A DNA stretch of 30,920 nt. It comes from a virus. Positions 9,003-18,631 of the stretch are shown here, piece after piece; the stretch's first letter is position 1; each line of letters starts with the position of its first letter. A program made the position numbers and the translations under genes. The DNA lies in the IMG/VR virus record IMGVR_UViG_3300045988_121797. The stretch is one strand, 5' to 3'. The notes under the pieces are model-generated. The model was given only the letters and a program-made list of their open reading frames with translations, was not told where the DNA came from and ran no database searches.

Positions 9003-9302
9003 ATGGCGAATATCTCAAAGCAATTTGTTTATGATGTTCGCCGATACCTACGCATAAGCCATACTCATTTTGACGCAGAAATTACCGACCTAATAGGAGC
9101 GGCGCAAGCCGACCTCCTATTAGGCGGTATCAAAGCGGCAAAGGTTGAGGACGAGAGCGACGCTCTTATAAAGCGGGCTATTGTCTGTTATGTAAAAGCC
9201 GAGTTTGGACTCGATAACGCGGACGCTGAAAAGTACCGCAACAGCTACGAAATGCTCAAGCGGCATTTGCAGCTATCAAGTGAATATATCGAGGAGGCGT
9301 AG
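9003..9302 (+). CDS. Head-tail connector (gp6-like)
   Basis: 99 aa directly after the capsid gene. The YLRISHTHFDAEITDLIGAAQADL pattern is typical. Confidence 0.65.
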   Translation: MANISKQFVYDVRRYLRISHTHFDAEITDLIGAAQADLLLGGIKAAKVEDESDALIKRAIVCYVKAEFGLDNADAEKYRNSYEMLKRHLQLSSEYIEEA

Positions 9303-9304
9303 CT

Positions 9305-9613
9305 ATGTATTGGCGAGAAATCGGCTTTTTGTGCGTGGAAACAGAAAAGCTCGACAAGCTCCGCAAGCCGTATAAGGACTACGAGAAACGCGAGGTTTTT
9401 TGTAATTCTAAAGGCGTAAAGAGAAACGAGTTTTACCAGGCACAAGCCCAGGGCTACCGCCCCGAGCTTTGCGTAGAGATTAAGGAGCTCGACTATAACG
9501 GAGAGGGACACTTTGAGTATAACGGCAAGATGTACCGAGTTATCCGTACATATCCCGTTGAAAACGAGTGCCTCGAGCTGATATGTCAAGCTCTCGTAGT
9601 CGAAACCACTTAA
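9305..9613 (+). CDS. Head closure / head-tail adaptor protein
   Basis: 102 aa. Call rests on synteny and the C-terminal NGKMYRVIRTYPV pattern. Confidence 0.55.
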   Translation: MYWREIGFLCVETEKLDKLRKPYKDYEKREVFCNSKGVKRNEFYQAQAQGYRPELCVEIKELDYNGEGHFEYNGKMYRVIRTYPVENECLELICQALVVETT

Positions 9614-9635
9614 AGCGAGAGGAGGCAACGCCCTT

Positions 9636-10016
9636 ATGAAAGTAAATACCGAGGCATTTATAACAGCTCTTACGGAGCGGGTTAATACCATTTTGCCGAC
9701 GACCTACGAGGAGGCACCTACAAAAAACGCGCCTCCGATTTTTGCAGTAGTCAGCGGCATTAACATTATTGACCTCGAGAGCGGCGACCTCGCCTCTTTC
9801 TATATTGATGTTTGGGCGGACGAAAAAGCCGCCGACGCAACAATAAACCTCGAGAGGGCGTGCGACAGCCTCCGCAACGGGCTTTATAATGCCATTATAG
9901 CCGCGCCTGGCTTGTACGGGCATATCGGCTTTGACAATCAAAACACCGTAGCCGACAGCGAGTTTGATATAGCGCACCGTCGTTTATCTATGTCGGCAAG
10001 ATTATTCTACTATTAG
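9636..10016 (+). CDS. Neck / tail-terminator-like protein
   Basis: 126 aa. The call rests on synteny only: it lies between the adaptor and the major tail protein. Confidence 0.4.
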   Translation: MKVNTEAFITALTERVNTILPTTYEEAPTKNAPPIFAVVSGINIIDLESGDLASFYIDVWADEKAADATINLERACDSLRNGLYNAIIAAPGLYGHIGFDNQNTVADSEFDIAHRRLSMSARLFYY

Positions 10017-10027
10017 GAGGTAACGAA

Positions 10028-10654
10028 ATGGTTACTAATCTTACCAAACAGCAAATCGAGAGTATCCAGATTGACGAGTCGGTTATTTTCCTCGACTATG
10101 GCGAAACTACCGAGCGTTTCCTGGCTCCTACTCGTGGCGGCGGCGAGTTTGCCGCTACTGTAACCGTCCGCGACATTGAATTTGACGGCAGACACGGCAA
10201 GACAGCGTGTACCCAGGTTATCGAGGAGCAGGGAGCCTCTATTAAGGTTACTACTCTTTGTATGAGCCAGGAAAACCTCGCGCTTGCTATTCCTGGCTGC
10301 GTCGTCCAGGACAAGGACGGTAACGCTATCAGCAACCCGAAAACGGGCATTATTCCCGATAGCGCATACCTCAAAAATATTACTATGTTTGCAAAGCTCA
10401 TTAGCGGCAAATATAAGAAAATCACCATTTACAACCCTATGCACGAGAGCGGCTTTAACGCAAAGGCGGTACAGAAAGCCGAGGGCGAGCTCGCTTTTGA
10501 GTTTTTGGCTCATTACGCGCATACCGACCTCGACGGCACCTTGTGGAAAGTGGAGGAAATCACCGAGGCACCCGCGCAGGCGGCGGCAGCAGCCGCAGCC
10601 GCAAGCAACGAGGGCGGACAGCCCGCAGCAGGCGGCGACAAAACCGAGGAATAA
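10028..10654 (+). CDS. Major tail protein
   Basis: 208 aa immediately upstream of the G/GT chaperone pair. It has an Ala/Gly-rich C-terminal extension. Confidence 0.6.
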   Translation: MVTNLTKQQIESIQIDESVIFLDYGETTERFLAPTRGGGEFAATVTVRDIEFDGRHGKTACTQVIEEQGASIKVTTLCMSQENLALAIPGCVVQDKDGNAISNPKTGIIPDSAYLKNITMFAKLISGKYKKITIYNPMHESGFNAKAVQKAEGELAFEFLAHYAHTDLDGTLWKVEEITEAPAQAAAAAAAASNEGGQPAAGGDKTEE

Positions 10655-10681
10655 TACCAGGATTTAAGGAGGAGCCAAATT

Positions 10682-11047
10682 ATGCTCACTATTAAGACTA
10701 TGCCTATGTTGCTTAAAATCGTAGGCAAGCTCGATATTAAGCCCGCCGTAGAAATGCTCAAAGGGCTTGACATTTTCGAGGACGCAAAGGACGCAAAGGA
10801 CGCTATGAAACAGCTTTCCCGCGAAAAGGTAGGTATTTTAGCCTGCGAAATCTTATGCGAACTCACCCCGCAGCTCGGCAAGATTGCCGACGACCTCCCG
10901 CCCCTCGTGGCGGCTTACTACGATATTTCTCTCGAGGAGGCGTACAAGAAAGACGCAGCCGAGGTAATTAACGACCTTATCAACGACGAGGGTATCGTAA
11001 GTTTTTTCAAGCGTGCTCTACGAAAGAAAGTAGAGCAAGGAGCTTAA
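10682..11047 (+). CDS. Tail assembly chaperone (gpG analogue)
   Basis: 121 aa, acidic, located between the major tail protein and the tape measure. It contains the slippery site near its 3' end. Confidence 0.65.
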   Translation: MLTIKTMPMLLKIVGKLDIKPAVEMLKGLDIFEDAKDAKDAMKQLSREKVGILACEILCELTPQLGKIADDLPPLVAAYYDISLEEAYKKDAAEVINDLINDEGIVSFFKRALRKKVEQGA

Positions 11048-11373
11048 CGCTACTGCATAAATACTACGATTGGCAGCTTATCGAGAGTCTACCTTTAACG
11101 GCTCTCGGTGAGCTGCTTTCTTTCGCCCGCAAAGAGGAGGAACGCCTGCAAAAAGCGGAAATCGAAAAGCGGCTTTTCCCTTTGTGGCTCGTAAATTATG
11201 CAGCAGCAAAAATAAAACCAGGGCTCGAGGTTATGGACTATCCCGAATTTTTAGCGAGTGTGCTATCGGACGAGCCCGCCCCGCAGCCTAAAGCAGAAAA
11301 GAAAAGAACAGCCGAGGACATTATGGCGGACTTTGCGCCGATTGTTGCGGCTGATAAACAGAAAGGAGGCTAA
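10682..11373 (+). CDS. Tail assembly chaperone -1 frameshift product (gpGT analogue)
   Basis: The -1 frame is open from 10972 to the TAA at 11371-11373 and ends 3 nt before the tape measure ATG. The slip would occur at 11002-11008. Confidence 0.6.
11002..11008 (+). promoter_or_regulatory. Programmed -1 ribosomal frameshift heptamer T TTT TTC
   Basis: The zero frame reads agt ttt ttc aag, which fits the X XXY YYZ pattern. The position is canonical for siphovirus G/GT. Confidence 0.6.
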
Positions 11374-11376
11374 CCT

Positions 11377-13566
11377 ATGGCAAGTATTTTTTCGCTTTTC
11401 GGTACTATCTTTATTGACAATGCAGAGGCTGATAAAAGTATCGACACGACAACCGAAAAGGCGGAAAAGAGCGGCTCAAAGGTAGGCTCCGCTTTCTCCT
11501 CTATTGCAAAGGGTGCCGCCGCTATGGGAGCGGCGGTTATAACGGGAGCCGCGGCTGTCGGTACAGCCGCTTACGGTATGGCAATGAAAACAGCCGAGCA
11601 AGCCGATTATATCGACAAGCTCTCCGAGAGAACGGGAATAAACCGCGAGGAGCTGCAACGGTGGAAACACGCCGCCGACCAAAGCGGCGTTAGTGTTGAC
11701 TCTTTCAAAAACGGTATTAAAAAAATGTCTGATGTTGTGGACGACGCAAACAACGGCTCCAAAACAGCAGCAACAGCTATAGAGCGTTTGGGGCTATCCC
11801 TGGACGACCTTAACGCTATGTCAACCGAGGAAAAGTTTAACACCATTACCGCAGCTCTTGCGGATATGGAGGACGGCGCAGAGCGTAACGCCCTGGGTAA
11901 CGACCTCCTCGGAAAAAGCTATACCGAAATGCTACCGCTGCTTAACGCAGGCTCCGAGGGTATGGCGGCTCTAAAGAAAGAGGCGGACGACCTCGGTATA
12001 GTTATGTCGGAGAACACCGTAAAAGCGGGCGTAGTCCTCGGAGATACGATAGCAAACATTAAGGACGCTTTCGGCGGGCTTATGAACAGAATAGGCGCGG
12101 CGGCAATTCCGCTTATACAAAAAGTCGCCGATATGATAATAGCGGGACTCCCTAAAATTCAAGCCTTATTTGATAGGCTGATACCCGTTATTACAAGTAT
12201 TTTCGAGCAGCTTTTACCGCCTTTGTTTACGCTGATTGAAACGCTATTTCCCGTCCTTATGGATTTAGTAACGGCTCTGCTGCCTCCTATTGAGTCGATT
12301 ATTACGGCAATTCTGCCCGTTATAATCAGCCTATTTCAGCAGCTCCTACCGTTCCTTATCCAAATTATAGAGCAAGTGCTCCCTATAGTGGTTGACCTAA
12401 TTAACGGGCTTATGCCGCTTGTTATGCAGATTATAAATACGGTACTACCTATCCTTATTCAGCTAATACAAGCGATTTTACCGCCTATCTTGCAAATTAT
12501 CCAGGCTATACTCCCCGTTGTAATTCAGCTTTTGCAGATGTTACTACCGCCTATTTTGCAGATAGTAAATACCATTTTGCCCGTAATTATAAACCTTATC
12601 AACCTTATTTTGCCGTTGGTGGTACGCATTATCGAGGCTATTTTGCCCGTGATTATTCAGTTAATCGAAATGCTATTGCCTCCGATTTTGCAAATTATAG
12701 ACCAGGTATTACCTATCCTCTTAAAGTTAATCGAAACTATCGTACCTATCGCTATACAGATAATCGAGGCTATTTTGCCAGTGGTTATCTCGCTGCTTGA
12801 CGCGCTCTTGCCCGTTATTCAGCCGATACTCGATATTTTAATGGTGCTGTTAGAGCCTCTCCTGGACTTACTCAACCTCATTTTACCGCCGTTGTGCGAC
12901 TTTATTAAAATGCTGTTTGACAAGCTCTTACCGCCCCTGCAAAAGGCTTTCTCGGGCGTAGCGGATATTGTCGGCGGCGTTTTCAAAAACGCCTTTGAGG
13001 GCATTAAAAAGGTTTTCGAGAATGTCAAGGGAATTTTCCAGGGTATTATCGACTTTGTTAAAAATGTCTTTACGGGTAATTGGCGCGGAGCCTGGGACGC
13101 AGTAGTAAGTATTTTCAAGAATATTTTTGAGGGTATCAAAAACGCCTTTAAGGTGCCTATAAATTGGATAATTGACGGTATAAATGTTTTTATCCGAGGG
13201 CTTAACAAGCTAAAAATACCCGATTGGGTACCAGGCGTAGGCGGTTTAGGACTCAATATTAAGGAACTCTCCCGCCTCCGTATCGGTATGGAGTATGTAC
13301 CTTATGACGAGTACCCCGCGTTGCTCCACAAGGGCGAGCGCGTATTGACCGCAGGCGAAAACAAGGAATACTCCGCCGCTATGTCTGCGGCGGCAGCAGG
13401 CGACGACAAAGAGGGACGGCTCGTTATCAAAATCGAGCTCGGCGAAAAGGCTATTTACATTGAAAACCTCAAAGGCGACAGCGAGCAAGATGTAGAGAAC
13501 TTTGTTGACCTCTTGTTAGAGCTTATAGCCGAGAAAATCCAAAGAAAGGGAGTTGTATTTGCATAA
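11377..13566 (+). CDS. Tape measure protein
   Basis: 729 aa, the longest helical ORF, located after the G/GT pair. It has a central hydrophobic repeat block. Confidence 0.9.
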   Translation: MASIFSLFGTIFIDNAEADKSIDTTTEKAEKSGSKVGSAFSSIAKGAAAMGAAVITGAAAVGTAAYGMAMKTAEQADYIDKLSERTGINREELQRWKHAADQSGVSVDSFKNGIKKMSDVVDDANNGSKTAATAIERLGLSLDDLNAMSTEEKFNTITAALADMEDGAERNALGNDLLGKSYTEMLPLLNAGSEGMAALKKEADDLGIVMSENTVKAGVVLGDTIANIKDAFGGLMNRIGAAAIPLIQKVADMIIAGLPKIQALFDRLIPVITSIFEQLLPPLFTLIETLFPVLMDLVTALLPPIESIITAILPVIISLFQQLLPFLIQIIEQVLPIVVDLINGLMPLVMQIINTVLPILIQLIQAILPPILQIIQAILPVVIQLLQMLLPPILQIVNTILPVIINLINLILPLVVRIIEAILPVIIQLIEMLLPPILQIIDQVLPILLKLIETIVPIAIQIIEAILPVVISLLDALLPVIQPILDILMVLLEPLLDLLNLILPPLCDFIKMLFDKLLPPLQKAFSGVADIVGGVFKNAFEGIKKVFENVKGIFQGIIDFVKNVFTGNWRGAWDAVVSIFKNIFEGIKNAFKVPINWIIDGINVFIRGLNKLKIPDWVPGVGGLGLNIKELSRLRIGMEYVPYDEYPALLHKGERVLTAGENKEYSAAMSAAAAGDDKEGRLVIKIELGEKAIYIENLKGDSEQDVENFVDLLLELIAEKIQRKGVVFA
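12178..12945 (+). repeat. Coding tandem repeat with a 33-nt (11-residue) period, inside the tape measure
   Basis: About 20 in-phase units of x-L-P-x-[IVL]-x-x-[LI]-[IV]-x-x, for example ILPVIIQLIEM LLPPILQIIDQ VLPILLKLIET. Confidence 0.85.
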
Positions 13567-14288
13567 TGGAAAAATTACCGTTTTTTATGTTCAAAGACCA
13601 TAGCTCCCTCGAGTTTGGGCTGCTTATTTCCGAGAAAGGCTCCTACAAGGGAGCCTATCGGGATATTAGCTATACAAGCGTCCCAGGGCGCAGCGGCGAC
13701 CTTATCACAGACAACGGACGCTATAAAAATATCAAAATCCCGTATAACTGCGTGTTGCTCAACAATACCGAGCGGGAATTTGTCGAGCTTACACACCAAA
13801 TTAAAGGTTGGCTCCTGGCGGAGCAGGGCTATTTCCGTTTGTGGGATAGCTACGATAAAAAGTATTTTCGCCTGGGCTCCTACTCCGACGAGGTAGACAT
13901 AGAGCAAGAGCTCCGCGACCTCGGCGGAGTAAAGCTCTCTTTTAACTGTAAGCCGTTTAAGTATTCTTTCGAGGGACAGCAGCCCGTCGTATTCACGGCA
14001 GCAGGCACCCTCTACAATGCAGAGTTTTACCCGTCCGCGCCGTATATCAAAATCACGGGCAGCGGGACAGTTACTTTAACCGTAAACAATGACTCGTTTA
14101 CCTTTACGGATATTGACGAGTATATCGAGGTAGACTCCGACATTATGAACGCTTATAAGGGCATACAGCCCCAAAATAACAAAATGTCGGGAGCGGCTTT
14201 CCCTACGCTGCTACCTGGCAGCAATGCTATTTCCTGGGTTGGTGATGTTACGCAGCTCGAAATCGTCCCGAGGTGGTGCTGCTTATGA
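13566..14288 (+). CDS. Distal tail protein (Dit, siphovirus tail component)
   Basis: 240 aa after the tape measure. The N-terminus, FFMFKDHSSLEFGLLIS...SVPGRSGD, is typical of Dit. Confidence 0.7.
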   Translation: MEKLPFFMFKDHSSLEFGLLISEKGSYKGAYRDISYTSVPGRSGDLITDNGRYKNIKIPYNCVLLNNTEREFVELTHQIKGWLLAEQGYFRLWDSYDKKYFRLGSYSDEVDIEQELRDLGGVKLSFNCKPFKYSFEGQQPVVFTAAGTLYNAEFYPSAPYIKITGSGTVTLTVNNDSFTFTDIDEYIEVDSDIMNAYKGIQPQNNKMSGAAFPTLLPGSNAISWVGDVTQLEIVPRWCCL

Positions 14289-16627
14289 TACCGATTTTAT
14301 ACGAAAAAAACGAGAGCACCTTTACGCATAACGGTATCGGCTTTCTAAAAGACGCTACAAAGTGTACCGTAACCGAGGAGCGTAACGGCTCCTATGAGTG
14401 CTCTTTACAGTACCCTATTACGGGACAATGGTACGACCAAATTACGGAGGGCTGCATTATCAAGGCGAAAGCCAACGACACGAGCGAGCCGCAGCTATTC
14501 CGTATTTACAAATCGAGCAAGCCTCTTAAAGGTATCGTTACATATTCAGCGGAGCATATCAGCTACGACCTTAACGGCATACCGACTCTCGGTTTTTCCG
14601 TTAAAAATGTAACGCCACAAGCGGCTATTACTCGAGCTATCCAGGACGCGGGCTTACCGTCCGCGTTTACTGCTATAAGCGATATTTCCACCCTCAACAG
14701 CTCGACCATTTTAACGCCTTGCTCCGTCCGCGCTATCCTGGGCGGGCAGGCGGGCTCGGTGCTTGATGTGTGGGGCGGCGAGTTTGAGTTTGATAATTTC
14801 GTAGTCAAGCTCCATAAGCACCGCGGCTCCGATAGAGGCGTAAGTATCGAGTACGGTAAAAACTTAAAAGACCTCAAGCAAGAGGCAAATATAGCCGATT
14901 GCTATACGCACCTTATGCCGTATGCTCGCTACTCCCAGGACGGAGAGGGCGACGAGAAAATAGAGGTATATGTTTACCTCTCGGAAAAGGTGCTGCCTCT
15001 TAACAACGCCGAAAATATCGGACACAGTAAAGCCTATATTATGGATTTTACAGACCGTTTCGGAGAGGGAGAGGCAGTTACCGAGGAGGCTTTACGAGCC
15101 AAAGCTACCGCATACGCTGCGGCAGCGGAGCTCGGCGTGCCAAAAGTTAATATTACCGTTTCTTTTATTCAGCTATGGCAGACCGAGGAATATAAAAACA
15201 TAGCACCTCTTGAGCGGGTTATGATGTGCGATACCGTAGCCGTCCGATTTTCAAAGCTCGGCGTAACGGCTCGCGCAAAGGTTATAAAGACAACCTATAA
15301 CACCCTCGAGGAGAAATACGATAGCGTCGAACTCGGCGACGCTAAAAGCTCGTTTGCGGACACCGTAAACAAGCAGCAGGCGGCTATAGAGGAAATTAAG
15401 ACCTCTGTACAAAAAGGGCAGGCAGCAGCTACAGAGCAGCTCAAAAAGGCAATAGCAAACGCTACGAGCCTTATTACGGGACACTCGGGCGGCTATGTCG
15501 TCCTCAACCCTGCGGAAAAGCCGCAAGAAATCCTCATACTTGACGCGCCTACCCTCGAGGAGGCTGTTAATGTGTGGCGGTGGAATAGCGGCGGCTTGGG
15601 TTACTCCTCTACGGGCTACAATGGCGAGTACGCGCTCGCTATGACAATGGACGGCGCAATAGTCGCCGACTTTATTAACGCGGGTATTCTTAACGGTGCC
15701 CTCTTGCAGGCGGACTCGGTGCAAGCCTCCTCTATCTCTCAAGAGTACAAAACGGCGGTTACAAACGAAATCGGCGTAGCTACCTCGAGCGTCGAGCAGG
15801 CGTTTATCGCAGCCGACGAGCACCTATTGAGCGTTATTAAAGGCATTGAAACCGTTTTTTACGGTGATATAGAAACCCTCGAAACGACCATATCAACCCT
15901 CGAGCAGAAAATAGACAGCTTGACGCTCTCTTATACCACCAAAACAACGGGCGGTATAAACAATATTAGAAACTCGAGCGGCTTAAACGGCGTTTCGGAC
16001 GATTGGAGCTATACGGGCTCGGTTGTAGCGCAGCAGACGGCAGACGCGGTAAACAATACCGCCTCGGGCTCTATGTTTCGCTTGCGCGTCGGTACCCTAT
16101 CGCAAGAAATAACCGTTTTGCAGGGCAAAGAGTATACGCTGACCTTTAAGGCAAAAAGAGGCACCGCTAACCGCTGCTATGTGCTTATCAATAACGGCGG
16201 TAATGATACCTTTATTTTTGACGAGCAGGCAATAAATAATACCTGGGCGGAGTATTCTTTAACCTTTACGGCAGCAGGTAATACCGTAACGCTTACGGCG
16301 GGTACCACGGGCTATTATTTGTATGTGGCGGACTTTATGTTAGCGGAGGGCAGCCAAAAGCAAAATTGGACTCCCGCGCCTAACGAAATCTATACCGAAA
16401 ATGTAAAGATAGACCGCCGAGGCATTAACATTACGAACTCCGAGAGCTCCACAGAAACCATTATAGACCATACGCAATTTGCAGTTAAGCACGCGGGAGC
16501 GGTAGTCCTTACCGTAAACAAAGACCTTACTACTTTACGCAAAACCGAGGTAACGGACGAGCTGACAGTAGGCAAAGGCAAGTTTGTACCGCAGAGCGCG
16601 GGGCTTGATATTGTACTGCTCGATTAA
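14285..16627 (+). CDS. Tail-associated / minor structural protein (Tal-like)
   Basis: The N-terminus MIPILYEKNESTFTHNGIGFLKDATKCTVTEERNGSYECSLQYPI matches the phage minor structural protein N-terminal signature. The ATG overlaps the Dit stop. Confidence 0.75.
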   Translation: MIPILYEKNESTFTHNGIGFLKDATKCTVTEERNGSYECSLQYPITGQWYDQITEGCIIKAKANDTSEPQLFRIYKSSKPLKGIVTYSAEHISYDLNGIPTLGFSVKNVTPQAAITRAIQDAGLPSAFTAISDISTLNSSTILTPCSVRAILGGQAGSVLDVWGGEFEFDNFVVKLHKHRGSDRGVSIEYGKNLKDLKQEANIADCYTHLMPYARYSQDGEGDEKIEVYVYLSEKVLPLNNAENIGHSKAYIMDFTDRFGEGEAVTEEALRAKATAYAAAAELGVPKVNITVSFIQLWQTEEYKNIAPLERVMMCDTVAVRFSKLGVTARAKVIKTTYNTLEEKYDSVELGDAKSSFADTVNKQQAAIEEIKTSVQKGQAAATEQLKKAIANATSLITGHSGGYVVLNPAEKPQEILILDAPTLEEAVNVWRWNSGGLGYSSTGYNGEYALAMTMDGAIVADFINAGILNGALLQADSVQASSISQEYKTAVTNEIGVATSSVEQAFIAADEHLLSVIKGIETVFYGDIETLETTISTLEQKIDSLTLSYTTKTTGGINNIRNSSGLNGVSDDWSYTGSVVAQQTADAVNNTASGSMFRLRVGTLSQEITVLQGKEYTLTFKAKRGTANRCYVLINNGGNDTFIFDEQAINNTWAEYSLTFTAAGNTVTLTAGTTGYYLYVADFMLAEGSQKQNWTPAPNEIYTENVKIDRRGINITNSESSTETIIDHTQFAVKHAGAVVLTVNKDLTTLRKTEVTDELTVGKGKFVPQSAGLDIVLLD

Positions 16628-16639
16628 GGAGGCGACACT

Positions 16640-18619
16640 ATGGCAACATTTAAGAGTAATTCTTATGAGGGCAGATACTTACAGCTCACTATTACCGAGT
16701 CTGTAAATGTAAAGGCTAACACCTCTACGCTTACCTGGACGCTGCAATGCTTGGGCGGCTCGGTAAACTACTACTACTCCACCGCCCCGACTACTGTAAC
16801 AATTAACGGTATCGTCGTTTATAGCAAAGGCGCGACCTCTTGGGACTCAAAAGTATTTCCCGCAGCTAAAGGCTCAACGAGCGGCACTATTACCGTTGCT
16901 CACGGCTCGGACGGCAAAAAGAGTATTACGGTAGGATTTTCGACGAGAGTATACTACTCCACCGCGCAAGAGTACGGCGGCAGTATGACTCTTACAAATA
17001 TTGACCGCACAGCTCCTACGGTTACTCTTGCAACCTCTAATATAACAGCCTCAAGCGTAAAAATTACGGTTACAGCCTCGACTACCGCTAATCGTTGGTG
17101 GTATTCAACAAACGGCGGCTCCTCTTGGGTGGAGTTTAACTCTACGGACGGCACCTCTAAAGAATACACAATAACGGGGCTTACGCCTAACACCTCGTAC
17201 AGCATACAATTATGCGCGAGAAAAAAGACAAATGATGTAGACGGCTACTCGAGTAAAACCTCCGTAAAAACGCTTGGCGGCTCGGTTATATCCTCCGTGA
17301 GTACCTTTACCGCCGACGCAGCTACGGCAAAAATAACAATGTCGGTAACGGTATACAACACGAGCTACACGCACACGCTCGTTATTAAAAACGGCTCTAC
17401 AACCGTTTTAACTATAACGGGCTTGAGTTTATCCAACGGCTCGAACACTATAACGCTTACCGCAGCGCAACGCTCTACGGTGCTTGCGGCTATGTCGGCT
17501 CTAAAGAGCTTTACGGGCACCTTTACGCTGACAACCTATAGCGGCACAACGCAAATAGGTACCACCTCGTCGAAAACGGCGACGGTGCAGACGACCTCCG
17601 CGAACTCTGCGCCGACATTTACGGCGTTTACCTTTGAGGACTCCAATACAACAGCCGTAGGCGTTACGGGTAACAATCAAATTTTAATACAGAATATCTC
17701 AACGCTAAAGCTGACTTTGACGGCAGCCACAGCAAAGAACGGTGCGACAATTTCGAGCTATTCTGTTGTGGCGGGCTCCAAAACCGCCTCGGGTACCACT
17801 ACCACAATAACGGTAGGCACCTTACCCGATAAAGGCACCGTCCCCGTTATCGTTACGGCTATCGACTCTCGAGGCTACACGACAGCGGTAACGGTTAATA
17901 TTACCGTCCTCGAGTATGAGGGTATCAATATTACCGAGTACACTATGCGCCGCGTAAACGAGGTTGAGGACACAACCCAGGTAATAATCGGCGGCGACAT
18001 TACGCCCGTAACCATTGGCGGCGTAAACAAAAACAACTTGCGCTATCTGTATTACCGCTACCGCAAAACAAGCGACAGCGCGTATAACAGCTACAAGGAT
18101 ATTACAAGCTCCACAGAATACGACGACAGCGGCTTTAATTTTGAGTCCGACGAGTGGTTAAGCCTGGACGCTGACTACTCCTATTATGTGCAATTCCTCG
18201 TTACCGACAAGCTGACCTCGGACACCGTTACAATAACGGTACCGCAGGGCACGCCGTTACTTGCGCTCCGCCGTAAAAAGGTAGGCATAAATAAGCGCGA
18301 GCCTGCGGCGGCTCTTGATGTTGACGGCTCGGTTATGATGAACGGTTTTAATGTGCTCGGACTCGTGGCGGCTCTCGACGGTACAGAGGACTTAAATAAC
18401 CTCGTGGCGGGCGGCATATACACCCAGGCGTTAAACGCTAACGCAAGCACCGACAAGCACTACCCGAAAGCTATTGCGGGCTTTTTGGAGGTTATGGCTA
18501 ACCCGAGCGGATATATTATGCAGCGGTACACCGCCTACGATAACTCCGCCGTGTATGTTCGCACCCGATACAATAACACCTGGTACGCTTGGAAAAGCGT
18601 TACATTAACCACAGTATAA
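16640..18619 (+). CDS. Tail fibre / receptor-binding protein with FN3 domain and C-terminal knob
   Basis: 659 aa with a DUF859-like N-terminus. FN3 region: APTVTLATSNITASSVKITVTAS...YTITGLTPNTSYSIQL. The middle is Ser/Thr-rich with Ig-like segments. C-terminal region GGIYTQ...YPKAIAGFLEVM...RYNNTWYAWKSV is knob-like. Confidence 0.65.
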   Translation: MATFKSNSYEGRYLQLTITESVNVKANTSTLTWTLQCLGGSVNYYYSTAPTTVTINGIVVYSKGATSWDSKVFPAAKGSTSGTITVAHGSDGKKSITVGFSTRVYYSTAQEYGGSMTLTNIDRTAPTVTLATSNITASSVKITVTASTTANRWWYSTNGGSSWVEFNSTDGTSKEYTITGLTPNTSYSIQLCARKKTNDVDGYSSKTSVKTLGGSVISSVSTFTADAATAKITMSVTVYNTSYTHTLVIKNGSTTVLTITGLSLSNGSNTITLTAAQRSTVLAAMSALKSFTGTFTLTTYSGTTQIGTTSSKTATVQTTSANSAPTFTAFTFEDSNTTAVGVTGNNQILIQNISTLKLTLTAATAKNGATISSYSVVAGSKTASGTTTTITVGTLPDKGTVPVIVTAIDSRGYTTAVTVNITVLEYEGINITEYTMRRVNEVEDTTQVIIGGDITPVTIGGVNKNNLRYLYYRYRKTSDSAYNSYKDITSSTEYDDSGFNFESDEWLSLDADYSYYVQFLVTDKLTSDTVTITVPQGTPLLALRRKKVGINKREPAAALDVDGSVMMNGFNVLGLVAALDGTEDLNNLVAGGIYTQALNANASTDKHYPKAIAGFLEVMANPSGYIMQRYTAYDNSAVYVRTRYNNTWYAWKSVTLTTV

Positions 18620-18631
18620 GGAGGCTTACCT

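Noticed and set aside
10573-10632. GCAGC/GCGGC-rich low-complexity tract (AAAAAAAASNEGGQPAAGG)
   Set aside because: It is in-frame as the Ala/Gly-rich C-terminal tail of the major tail protein. It is ordinary low-complexity coding sequence, not an independent repeat element.
12178-12945. The regular 33-nt periodic repeats as a CRISPR-like or satellite array
   Set aside because: They lie entirely within one long ORF, are degenerate at the DNA level but conserved as 11-aa units, and have no repeat-spacer alternation. They are a protein-level repeat of the tape measure.
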